Assembly: GCF_964355755.1 (NCBI RefSeq)
Contig: NC_092670.1
Coordinates: forward strand, 13,006,795-13,070,794
Reading direction: 5' to 3'
Length of the DNA stretch: 64,000 nt
Origin: Antedon mediterranea
Lineage: Eukaryota > Animalia > Echinodermata
In this document: piece by piece, positions 1-12,302 of the stretch
Layout: every line of letters begins with the position of its first letter
Numbering within the stretch: position 1 is the stretch's first letter
The notes under the pieces: generated by a model
What the model saw: the letters and a program-made list of their open reading frames with translations, nothing else
What the model was told of the DNA's origin: nothing
The model's database searches: none
Program-made: the position numbers and the translations under genes

Positions 1-2051
1 TAACGCGTGTTTAATCTTTCTATTGACCATGAAAATGTGAGTTTTACTGCTTAGTTTGATTGAATTGCAGCATTTTATGCACATTTATAAAGAAAATAGA
101 TTAATTCATAATGAAAAAAGGCTAATTTGCATATTATGCAAATTAGACAAATTTCCCATGTTGGGATTTTGGGGGACTTTTAGTATAGTGTTTAGGGGAC
201 CATACTAAAATGTATTGTAGTAAAAAAAATTCTTTTGCAATTAGTGGTGGGTGAAGGTACTATTTTGACTGGACTAAGTGGCGTTACGCAGGTGACAAGG
301 AAGGGCCCCTGGTTTAACACGCAGGGCCCTTCAACCCTGGATAGTTGCTTTGATGCTTCTATGCTTCGGGGCCCCAAAACTCTCGGACCCCTGGGTTAAG
401 CCAGTGAGCGCTCATAGCCGTTACCACTGCACCCAGACCAACGATTCGGGTTTTACGATATTGTCCCTATGTATTTATGTATCACGGTCACCGTCGTATA
501 TTCAACAGCATTTCACGTTATCCATTCCAAATACACAAAATACTCAATTGATTATTAAAGCAATTGTACTACAATATAATAAACGCATTTAAAACAATTT
601 ATTCAACAAAATGTTTATCCAGGATTTCACAATCAGGTAAAGAAAAACTTTTATTTTATCCCCATCCAAGTTAAAATCATCACTATGATATAATTATATT
701 TTTTAAATAGTTTTTTTTATTAATACATTCAATTCAATTGCAATTTATTTTTATTTTTCTCTTTATCATGAAGATATAGCATTAGTGATAAATAACATAG
801 ACAGAGGAAGAAGTATAACAAATAGATATTATAATCAAGGCTAACCGCGTGTAATTATAATAATATGGTAAAATATTTTTGTTTTTTCTGTTTGGTATGA
901 ATAGCCATTGACATTCTAATAAAAATTACATTCATCTATAAATACTTTTTGATGGTTTGTGATTCATTTATGATCGGAAACATCTGTATTGATGTTTCTA
1001 TACGATACTTTCCACACATGAATATCAACAATAGGTCAATAAATACAAATAATATTACTATTTACAATTGAACTGTGTAACAACATTAAAAACAGCGTAA
1101 AAACTCGTATCAAAAACTCCATCAGAAAAGATAACTCAGTTGTGTGGGCGTAAACAAAAATAAAATTTAGCAATACTCAAAGAGACCAATATTTGCAATG
1201 AATCTTTTCGTACGTTAGGTTTTTAGACTCTACTGCTCACTACGGTTGGTCGGTCGGTCGGTAAACACTAACTCAAATTTGAGCACGCGACTGCAGCCAT
1301 GTATATGACATTGTTTTTGTTATTGATCCCTGCATAATAACAGCCTTCTGAGTCTGACAGAAGTGGAATGTTTTAAATCACACACATGGAAATGCAGACA
1401 AAAAATAGCTAAACTTAAAAGTCTATATGGATTAACACTGCAGTTTAAAACTAATAAGCATTTCAACAGTTGTTAAATGTAATGCATTTCAACTAGCCAA
1501 CTCCCATTCCACATTACTTCATAGTGAATCAGTTTTTATTTGGACGGACTTTGCAAAAATAAAAACATATATACTGTATATTCTAACACACGTTATGGAT
1601 AATTACATACATTTACTATAATTATTTTACATTTCACAAGCTTCTTTGGTCGTTTGTTTTTATACTGTAGTCAATGTATTATTTTACATATAAAGCATGT
1701 TTATGTGTTGGATGGTGAGAATATTTTAAAGATTTATAAATAATAATAAATAAATAAGAACACTACTCAACCCACACTTGCATTTGTTTCCCCTCGTTCT
1801 TTCATGAGAAAGTTTCCGCATAAAAGAGGTGTTCCAAAAGATGAGTTTTACAATTATTAGCGGTGATTAATTTAATATTGGTTAAAAAAGAAATGTGTTG
1901 GCACACACGGCGTGTCATACGCATAATAAGTAATAACACTAGAAATTTGATAATACTTTGTATTTGGTACCTCTGTTACAATGCAATGTCAGCTTTCCGA
2001 AAACCCTGAGGCACTTCCCACATTCTTTCAGTTTTTCTGTGTTCTAGTTTA

Positions 2052-5000
2052 TCATTTTTTGGCTACATAAGTCGTATATGATGATTCATTGTTTTCTGTA
2101 TTTAAGTTTAAGTCGCTCCATTTACCATTTTGATACAGCGATTCAGCTTGATACAGATCTCTAAAATCGCCTTGTTGTTCTTCTTCGCCTTCTTGCTCTT
2201 CTTCGTTATTTGGTATACCAATGTCCAAATTAAGCTGCCCTGGTCCACAGCTCACAAATCCTGCATCCGCGACACCTTGTCGAAACACACCACCAGTTGC
2301 GCTCAGAGGCTGGATGTCTGACGTTGTTGGGAGCGACCGTCTTGCGTTGTTAAAACCTAAACATAAAACACATTGAAAATTATGTATAAATATTACCATG
2401 ATATGAACAGTGTAATTATGATAATAAAATTGATCACTTTATCTTAAAAGTAAGTAAATAACAACTTAGGCGTCCTGGCTAATGTATATCCTACAGTATT
2501 TTAAGCAATTAATTATAATATTTTGTAGTGGAGCTGTAGCTTGGTTAACGTGCTTGCCGATCTCAAGGTTCCATCCTAACCTACCTGTTTTTGCTGTGAT
2601 TTCGTTCACTTTGTCTGCTGCATCGACCATTCCACAACTTCGAAGATGAGGTTCGAGCTTTCTAAAATCGTTGTCATTCATATTGAGATATCTGGTAACG
2701 GCAAGCTCAACACAAATATTGTCTTTTTCTGCCTTGTCAAAGTCTTTGTAAAGGAACTCTTTAAATGCTGGTGTTATGCTCTTCTCGATGGCTGCGCAGA
2801 TTGTTTTCATGTTGTCTTTTATTACGTTGGTTTGGGGTTTTTTAAAATTAGTTTGTCTGGTTGTATTGCTTAGATTTAGTTTGGTCGTATGTGATTTTCC
2901 CTTAATAATACAATCTATAATGTGTATATCTGTCGTTTCAGAGACCGGAATGCCCAATTTAACTGATGATAAATTGTCATCGAAAACACACGCAAGATAG
3001 TTATGTAACGGCACCTGTAAAAACAATACTGATGCAATTAAACTTGTAAAATTATTGAGCAAAATAAGGCTCAGTAACGGTTTTTTTCATTCCTTATTGC
3101 TTTTTTGAGAGAAAACCGACCCCCTCTTCCACCCTCTCCCACCCCCACATTTTGAAGAAACGTACAACAGCTGAATGTGCATAGGCCTAATGTAAAATTT
3201 AGAAAATTGTATTAATATGTTCTCTTAATAAGGGTTGACCGTACTGTTAACAAATATAACTTACCGTGCGGTCATCGATAATGATATTAACTTCTGAATC
3301 CTTATTGCAATAGCATTGCTTCTCAGAATTCAATGATTTTCCTGGGTCTTCTGTCTAATTATTAAATGTTAAATATTCATATTAATTTATTCTTTAGTAC
3401 AATTAGTAAAAAAAAATCTTCTTGTTTTAGCCTACAGTGTATTGATGGATCATTTTACAATTATTCTACTCCAGTTACTGCAGTAACTACATTTTGTGTA
3501 ACTTGATTATGCAATTTTTGAGAATGTTTTTTTTATGTAATCGATTATTGCAGTGACTACCTCATAAACCTCTAAAATTAATAAAACTAAAATTTTACAT
3601 TTATTGCAGTAAGAAAATGTAGTTATATTCCATTTTGTTTAATGTTATATTCATAATATCTTTAGTTTATTTAAAGAGAATTCCGAAGGCTGGGTCAACT
3701 TTTGAATCTGTTTTAAGTTAATTTCAAGCTCAAATATAAAAGTAATTTTACTTACATTGACTTTTCTGACTTCCATGTGAACCTCATGTCTTCCGTGAAC
3801 ATATATTTGACATGCGTTTATCTCCAAAAGCGTCATCCGCTCGAGTTCTGAACAATTATCGTTGGCTTGGTCCAATTCTGTTTTAAACTTGGTAAAGTGA
3901 TTTACAATTATACAAGACTTATTATTCTTTATGTATGCCGTACCATCAGACTTGCACATTTTGGTCCAGTCGCCATTTTCCTGCTTACAAGATACAATAG
4001 ATCTTGGTTTCTGTAGCACATTTTCAGGTACGTTACCGTACAGCTCGACACGAAGGGTCACGTACATGTCAAATGTAAGACCTTCTGGACCACACATTAC
4101 TTCTGGACATAAGGGAATCTTTCCATCGGTTTTCATATATCCCAAGTTGTAGATGAAAACATACGTCTGCTTTGGCAACGCGCCTTCTGGGATTGTCAAC
4201 GAAATCATGCCCAACGTTAGAGTCGCACCTTCCTTATCAACAGTCGCAACTAGCATTCGTCTATCTTTCGATAGTATGTATTTGTCACGTGGCTTCTGTT
4301 TCAAATCTCGTACTAAGCCAGAGTACATAATTTCAAACTTATTACGTTTCTGTATGTGTTGAACCTCTCCGGCATCGACCTGTAGAAAATAAGCATACTG
4401 TATTTGTATTTTGCTGGCAGTAGGCCTACAGTAATTAAAAATTACCTATTACACGGACTTCTTATAGTCTGTATGCCTAAATCTGTGTCTACACTATCAA
4501 AAATATGATGTGCCCATATATGGACATGGTGATGTCATATCGCTATCACATTTGGGCATATCAGTACCACGTCACACTTTTTTTGTCACACAAAGTTTGA
4601 TAGTGTAGACAGAGCTTAATATTGATTAATTGTTCACACGGCTGTGTTTACACACACTAGATAGAGTTGAGTTAAACTGGTCCGAATCATATCCGAGTTA
4701 CATCCGACGCGAATTGCCCTTCTGGTCAGAGTAACTCCGATATACACTGTTTTAATTTATTGTTTGATTTAGTCTAACCGTTATCAGTTTAGTGTAAGAG
4801 AGGGCATATCACAACATTCAATTTAAGTCATTGAATTCTACGTGTAATCAAGGCAATATAGCAACAGGGATGCTGAGCTCCAGAGACCAACATGTTTATC
4901 TACATACCACACCCAGACACGGCACGCCGCGGAGAATATGTACATAGGCCTAATGTTGGTATTTGTCGTAGCAAGATAGAAAATCAAAGGACTGTTCCTA

Positions 5001-5285
5001 TCTCTCCATGGCGAGCTCAGTGTCCTGTTGTTAGAATGTCTTGGTTTAATGGTATTTTTGATGTCCAAAGCGACTTACCTTGTGGGTTTCTTGTGTTCTG
5101 GCGTACACATGATGATCATCATTATGACCGTTCAGTTGCTGTACCTCTTTGTCATTGTAAATGTTGCAATACTCCCCTTCTGTTAATCCTCCTAATGAAG
5201 TCACCGCACCATCAGTGACCGTCACTTTCCTATGTAATTTGTGTTTAACAGCTTCGTTCGGTTTGTAATCTTTATGATTCATCAT
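2052..5285 (-). CDS. Paralog A: ZU5-UPA-like-death domain protein (UNC5C-like/UNC5CL/PIDD-type architecture), about 551 aa, 5 coding exons
   Basis: Exons 5285-5079, 4379-3756, 3354-3265, 3014-2585, 2356-2052; all GT-AG and phase-consistent. ZU5 signature GATLTLGMISLTIPEGALP...PLCPEVMCGPEGLTF..VTL, then VNHFTKF. Death-domain-like end LEPHLRSCGMVDAADKV. The start Met is chosen by conservation (MNH/MDH) and is uncertain. Confidence 0.85.
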
Positions 5286-6419
5286 TGATGTATTCTCACA
5301 ATATGGACACATTTCCTGGTGGTGTACCGTACTCAGTTTCTTCACAGAAAACTCAAACCTTATATAGTGCGTGGGAAAAATAGACAATAATTATAAGTGG
5401 TGTTTTACTTCAGGAAAATCCCTATTCTCAAATTCTGAGATAAAGATTTTAAAAACAATCAAATTTAAGCGATGAAGACTTCATTTTTATCATTGTTTAC
5501 TGTATGTTTTGGCCGCACGCAAAGTTAGTAAAATAAAAAGACGTAGGCCTACAAATCAAATTTATTCAATAAAAGAAAATCAGTAACAACAAACAAACAT
5601 CAGTAAAATCGGGTGGATATTACATTACGTTAAGCTCTGTCTACACTATCAAACTTTGTGACAAAAGTGTGTGATGTGCCCAAATATGGTAGTGATATGA
5701 CGTCAATCAACGTCAATTATGGACACATAATTTATTTTTTTTGTGTAGACAGAGTTTTACATCGATAGAACTAGATTTTGGCTTTAAAATCAGCTGACAC
5801 CCGACAGAATCGGGTGAGTTTGAAGGTATGCAGGTATGAATTAAAAAGTAAATAAATAATAAAAATAAGGAAGATATGCAGCGGAGCTCACGTACTTATT
5901 CCCGTCAGAATCAGGATGTTATTACCCGGTTCGTTTCGGCCCATGCCTGACTTTCGTTTAACTTTAACAAGTCTTACTTCCAAGTAGGCAGCCCACTTTA
6001 TGCAACAGATTGTCAATATATATTTGTTGTGGTATTATCTAGTTTTAAACGATCATCCATAATATTTAAAAAAAAATCATACTTTTTAAAAACAAATCAA
6101 AATCATAAGCATCATACACTATCACTAACTAATTTGACAAACAATCTCCAAGAACCATTGTCTACACGTAGCCTAACTAGAGGGTCAGCGAGCGTACCCT
6201 AATTATTATTAATTAACAAGTAACTTCTTTTCACATTTAGGCATATGGCATTATAAAACAAACCTCAACTTCGTAACTGTCTTTTTTAACGTTAAAACAG
6301 AAATTATAACCTAAAACTTACAATTATATTGTAACCTTACCTGGAGTCACTTCTTCTTTAAACTAAACTAAACTAAATATTAAATTACAGTAGCAATAGT
6401 ATATCTACTCGCGTGGAAA

Positions 6420-6455
6420 TGATTCATTATATAATAATAAAAAAGGGGGAATTTT
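6420..6455. promoter_or_regulatory. Conserved AP-1-like / AT-rich / kB-like module upstream of paralog A
   Basis: TGATTCA..TATAATAATAAAAAA GGGGGAATTTT. The same arrangement lies upstream of B and E. A minus-strand donor (CTTACCT) is about 80 nt downstream at ~6340. Confidence 0.45.
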
Positions 6456-7189
6456 ATCTTTTGTCCTACCTGTCAAATAGGAATTGTTAAAATTTATTTC
6501 CTTTAAAGAAGTAAATACAATTGTTGATAGTTCTACTTTAGAAAATAAATAGTGTAATCAAATTGTTTGTCAGGCCTATGCAAAGTTCATTATCTATAAA
6601 CTATATTATGTCCTAATGATAACAAGAGTTTGACGTTTTTATTTGAAACACGTCAAATTGTCAACTGTATTTCCGCCTTTGTAATATAAATACATACAAA
6701 TAAATTCATTCAGTTCTGTTACTGCACTATAATATGCAATTATTAACGCCATATGTTATCATACAATTTGTCTATAGTTACGGTTTAGGCATATAGATAC
6801 TATTTTGTATAAGCCATAAGTTTGCTATGCATGAGGAACCGAACGATGTCGTCAGTGCAAGGGACAGCTAGCATTACTTGTTATATACGAGGCGGACTAA
6901 ACTAATTAGTACATTGTCTCACATTAAATCGTCCTCTCAATATTCATCCAATGTATTTTGATCATTACCGTAATGTATCTGAACATGAACGGTTAGCTTT
7001 CTCACATTTACGACTTGCGGTGGTTTCGCACGCCACCCGATGAATGCGGCAAAGTGCAGACCAAGCTTCACACGTTATGTGAATGCCCCTTTACTGCACA
7101 CATACGCCAACATTATAATATACATTCTCATTGACTTTGTGTCTATTTTCTATTGAACCTTCATTACTGTCAAAAGTTATTAGTTTATA

Positions 7190-9422
7190 GGCTCTATAAT
7201 AATAATATAGAAGTAAGTATAAGTATTTACCTCAACATTAATTCTTTGTATACATTAATGAGCTTCTTTACGCAATCAGAGTCATCATAGGTAGGCCTAT
7301 TGACTTCTTAAACATTCAAGGAAGAATGATAATATTTCTTGACTCAATTCAATATAACGGAATTACCAACAGTTGACAATTGTGTATTAGAAGGTCAAAC
7401 AAAGTAAAACAGAAACAGATCTGATTACTGTAACGCCTGCTGAAGCAAACAACTAACAAAACAAAACGTAATAATTATAATGATTCAATTAGTTTTACGT
7501 CATCACACTGAGATCCCTTAAAGCGTGGTTCCCACTAGCGAAACAACGTACGCCACGTAAGAAAATGCCCTTCCAATAATTGCGCTTTAGATATACAGCG
7601 CATGTTTAGTTTTCTTCAGTTTTTGCGCGAACTGTAGTTTGTTTGTTATAGAAACCAACAATAGCCTTCAATGTATCAACCAAACAAGGAAGTTACAGAA
7701 TTAAATACCGTAAATAAAACAAACAATCCCAAATTAATTGGCATTATTATAGCTATAACTGAGTAACATTTACCTTGTGTCACCACGGTATATAAATCAT
7801 ATTTCTATATTCGTGATTAAGGAAAAACCAACTTTGAGGAAATGATAAGTTCTACTTCCATGTTGATATTATTATCATGTTTATCCGAAATACACTAGCA
7901 AAACACAACAAACATTTAGGCCTACTAAATAGGCTTAGGCCTACCAAAAAAAACCCCACCAACATAAGGGGACGCACGCCACTGTTTTGGATCTCGAAGA
8001 TTTTGTAAAGAAGATCGGCGTGACTGATACCCTATTAATTTCTGTTATTTGTGCAACTTGAAAAACACGTCAAGTGCCAAAATTAAGAACGTGGCATTTT
8101 GTGTTTCGCTCTCCGACTGAGATACGAGTAAACATAATGACGTACGTCATAATACTGTAGAAGTTTACCAAAATTATGGCGGATATGATCTCGCTATTAT
8201 TTTCAGTCGTAGGTTCACCGTTACTGTCGACTATCACCCATGTGGATGTACGTGAACGCAAATTGAACGCAAATTGAAAATTATTTTTTACAGATATGTA
8301 AGGCTTAAGGCAGGAGATGGACGGCCAGATGATCAATTGACACACATTTAAATGAATTCAAGTAAGCATCTAGGCTACATGTTTGCATTTGTTTGGTGTA
8401 TGACCGTATTTACCTAGCATGTGTTAGCATTGACATTAACACAACATAATGTTCTCCTCTACGTAATAATAGTCAAGGAATGTTAGAATAAATGAATAAA
8501 TAACTTGATGCTATTATTATAGGCTCTATAATAATAATAATAATAATAATAACAAATAATATACAAGTATAAGTATTTACTTCAAAATTAAATCTTTGTA
8601 TACATTAGTGAACTTCTTTACGCAGTCAGATTCATCATAGGTAGATTATTATTATAGATATAAAGTAACATTTACCTTGTGTCACCACGGTATACAAATC
8701 ATATTTCTATATTCGTGATTAAGGAAAAACCAACTTTGAGGAAATGGTAAGTTCTACTTCCATGTTGATATTATTATCATGTTTTCCAGAAATACACTAA
8801 GCAAAACACAACAAACATTTAGGCCCATTAAATAGGCATAGGCCTGCCACAACCACCCCCCCCCCCCCACCAAAAAAAAACTAACATAAATAAACTGTCG
8901 CTACTGTAACGAAGATAGATATTTTTTTTGCCACCGAAAGTACAGTATACCATATTAAAATATATTGACCGGTGTGGTACCAAACAAATCACTTTCGACA
9001 GTAACAAACATACGTACAGAACCCTTATAGAGTACACCCCCATTAAGGGGATGCATGCTGAGGGGACGATTTACCGTGAAACGAACGGGGAAAAGTATTG
9101 ATACTCCATGCCACTGTTTTTTTTTATCTCGAAGATTTCGTAAAGAAGATCGACATCGACTGATACCCTATTAATTTTGGTTATTTGTGCAACTCGAAAA
9201 ACACGCCAAGTGCCAAAATTAAGAACGTGTTCAGTGGCATTTTGTGTTTCGCTCTCCGACTGTGATACGAGTTAACGTCATACTACTGTGTAGAAGTTTA
9301 CCAAAATTATGGCGTAATGATCTCACTATTATTTTCAGTCGTAGGTTCACCGGTACTGTCGACTATCACCCATGTGGATGTACGTGAACGCAAATTGAAA
9401 ATTCGCAATTATTTTTTATAGA
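7190..9422. repeat. Local tandem segmental duplication (~7190-8296 vs ~8520-9422)
   Basis: Long shared blocks, e.g. AGTAACATTTACCTTGTGTCACCACGG and GTCGACTATCACCCATGTGGATGTACGTGAACGC, each present twice with different insertions. Confidence 0.9.
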
Positions 9423-9709
9423 TATTGTTATCATAATGAATTCGAATGTGTGGGACCATCCAAACTGTGTTTTAATTGAAGGGAGTAGTAGCTAATCTGA
9501 TAGGTGATAATGCGAGTATTTAATTTGAGGGTCGAGTTAATTTGAGGGGTCTTTAATTGAAGTGAGAACTGTACAGCTAAGAACTTTAATTGAACTAGCT
9601 GCAAGTACAACATTGATATATTTATAACACGTAGAAACTAATCTACAAAGTTATACAAAATCTAACCCAACGAGTACCGTACAGCCTTCCCAGGTGATAA
9701 TTCTTCTTA

Positions 9710-9930
9710 AAGCTTGGTTCCCACTAACGACGCAACGTAACGCAATCTACGCAACGTAAGAAAATGCCCTTCCAAACATTGTGTTTGCCCCCGCCTGCGT
9801 GAAATCAAACCTACGATGTTTGATGTTTGCAGCACTATTGCGTCGTCGGTTCCCACTTGTGATTACGCAATACAGCACGTTGCATCAATACGTCGCTGCG
9901 TTACGTTGCGTTCTAGTGGGAACCACGCTT
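9710..9930. mobile_element. PIF/Harbinger-like MITE (same TIR family); further copies at ~12907-13111 and partial ~7521-7585
   Basis: TTAAAGCTTGGTTCCCACTAACG...CTAGTGGGAACCACGCTTAA. Confidence 0.75.
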
Positions 9931-10452
9931 AACTGACAGTTCATCACTCATTTTTATTGCGGGCGTGGTGGTTTTTATACAATAGTATAATGGTTCATTT
10001 ATGATGATGAAAAGGGGGAATTTTACTTACAAATTTATAGTGTTACATTATTTATTGTGCCAAGGTCAGTGTCTATAAACTAATTTTCTAATAATAACAA
10101 AGGGGAGTTTTATATTTGTCCTTTGAAACATAATATTTTGTATTGTATTTCCGCTTTTAAAATAAATAGGCTACATTAATTGATCTATAAAAAATAAACA
10201 ATGTTATCCCACAGTATTTACCAAAAGGCAACTGTCCAATATGTATGTTAGTTATAGGAGATTATTATAATATATGCATTAATTTGTATACAACTAATAA
10301 GGGGAGTTTTACATTGTTCGTTGAAACTTGCATTTATATATTAATATCAATCAAAAACGATTAATTATCGTGCAGTATTTACAAAAAAGCAAGTTTCCTT
10401 ATACAATTTGATGTTAGTTATAGACCTATAGATTATTATAGATATTGTATTT

Positions 10453-10899
10453 GTAAAGGTAAGGTAAAGGTAAAGGTATTTTATATTTGTCCTCAAGCTT
10501 AACTGGAAACTGAGGAAATTCTGTTTAGGCCCTCACGGACCCACGGCAGCCAGCAGTGTGCAGCGCCTACCAGATCAGCACACCGACTCTTTTCGAATAG
10601 TGTACCAAGTTCTTTAACGTGCACTGTTAAGTACACGGGACCAACGGCTTTACATCCCATCCGAAAGATGAGGCAATGAGAGTAAAGCATCTTGCCTAAG
10701 GATGCAATTAGTATGGTAGATAACCTCGAACCCATGCCGATCACATGCTAGTCCGATATTACCATTACACCATCACTCTCCAGTATATACAGCACCCGCC
10801 GCTATTTCTAGACGGTCCCCATCCAGAACGCAATCGGCCCAACGTTGCTTAACTTCGGTGATCTGACGAGAACCGGTGTTTCAACGCAGTATGACCGTA
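10453..10899 (-). mobile_element. SINE with 5S rRNA-derived head, tRNA-like segment, Deu/Nin-like central domain and (TTTACC)n tail
   Basis: Minus strand order: 5S-like 10899-10789; A box TGGTGTAATGG and B box GGTTCGAG; TTTCGGATGGGATGTAAAGCCGTTGGTCCCG...TTAAAGAAC...TTCGAAAAGAG; simple-repeat tail. Confidence 0.65.
10789..10899 (-). pseudogene. 5S rRNA-derived sequence (pseudogene or SINE head), not a functional 5S gene
   Basis: TACGGTCATACTGCGTTGAAACACCGGTTCTCGTCAGATCACCGAAGTTAAGCAACG... matches metazoan 5S in the 5' half; the 3' half and box C are diverged; no T-run terminator. Confidence 0.8.
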
Positions 10900-12076
10900 T
10901 ATCTATATAAATGACATCACAAACCACCACACCACTTCCCTCCCCCTCCACCACCCTTCCCACAAAAACCTCAGGAGTCGGGGGAATTTTTTTAAATGTA
11001 GTTTAAAACCTTCCGGGTAAAATTGCCATCATTTTGATACCCCATACGTATGGTTACGTGCAGAAACAGAAATTGTTATAACGAACAAACATCGAAAGTG
11101 GGGGTTTTGACCACATTTTGGTCCCTAACTTGGATCCTAGGTGGCGGATGATGTTGAAATATAGCTTAGAACATTCCCGGTACAATTGCGTTCATTTTGA
11201 TACCCCATATGTAAGATTATGTGCAGTAACAAAATTTTGTATAACGAACAAACAAACAAACAGACAAACAGACAGACAAACTCTCTCACTTATAATATAG
11301 ATACATATTTTATTCATTAACCAATATGACACCTATTCAATTACACATTTAGCAAAGTACTTTAACCATATCCAGCTCTGTATCGGTCTCTTGGATTGTA
11401 TCATTACAGACATCCATACCTGTGTGAACATACACATGTGGTTTACTGTAACTGTGTTCACCAATCCTCCAAGGAAAAAACGTCAATTGTGGGAGAGTGG
11501 GGTTTGGGTTCAGGGGATAGTGGGGATTTTGCTTACACCAGAATTGTGGTTGGAAAATGTTAAAGTATTTAATCATCCCTGAGAAGCGGATGGGAGTTTG
11601 GGGTGGGGATGTAGGCCTATCACCATGACCGAAAATGTATTTGGAATGTTTTAAACTACATTTGAAAACTACCGCTGAGGGATTGGGAGTGATAGTAACA
11701 TAATTTGTACTGGAACCGGCTTCAACACATCACCCAGTGTATCTGGGGTGTGCTTGTAGGGGGAGGAGGAGCGAAAATACTAGCGTAAGCCTATATGGTT
11801 GGATTGTACTAGGAAAAGTTACTAAATTTGAACTGTCCAGGGGAGGAGTTAAGGTTTGTTGATGGTGGCTGGGGTCGTGAAAGGAGAAAGAAGGCTGGGG
11901 GACCGCAGTATCTAAATTAGGTTGAATTTAATTTGTCCATCACTGGGAAGAATTTGTTTTTAAGAACAAGAGTATGGGGTGTTATTGAAGAGGGATAGAG
12001 GTTGGTGAGTATAGACAGATACTGGCGTCGGGTATACTAATTTTGAAACCCGCCCTGGGGCGGGTATAATTGCTAG
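10900..12076. mobile_element. Helitron-like fragments
   Basis: 3' end signature: hairpin ACCCGCCC-TG-GGGCGGGT 12048-12065, then CTAG|T 12073-12077. A minus-strand 5'-like end ATCTATATTATAAG...(GTCT/GTTT)n lies at ~11250-11302. Confidence 0.45.
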
Positions 12077-12144
12077 TATAATATATATATATAAACACAG
12101 TAGGCAAAGAACATTAATTCTAAACCGCCCGGTGATATACTGAA

Positions 12145-12302
12145 ATTTAATTAACTAATTTGAAACGGTAAAGATGAGGAAATCTGGGAGAATGAGAAAA
12201 AGTCGCCCCAACCGAGACTCGAACTCGGACCGTCTGCTTGATATGCAGTTGCCCTAACCATTAGACCACTAATTCATGGTATTGTTCAAACTCGATTGGA
12301 TA
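12145..12302 (-). mobile_element. tRNA-containing dispersed repeat (tRNA pseudogene, ATC anticodon), copy 1
   Basis: GTGGTCTAATGGTTAGG...CTGC-ATATCAA-GCAG...CCGAG-TTCGAGT-CTCGG, then a T-run; flanks are shared with the 32558-32716 copy. Confidence 0.65.

Noticed and set aside
3931-4362. Plus-strand ORFs recurring opposite each ZU5 exon (also 18412-18918, 31567-32073, 45247-45759)
   Set aside because: Antisense shadows of the conserved minus-strand exon, broken by stops.
2052-5285. Assigning gene symbol UNC5C, UNC5CL or PIDD1
   Set aside because: Only the domain module is shared; no Ig/TSP/TM or LRR exons were found, so orthology is unsupported.
10789-10899. Functional 5S rRNA gene
   Set aside because: Diverged 3' half, no terminator, single copy fused to a SINE body.
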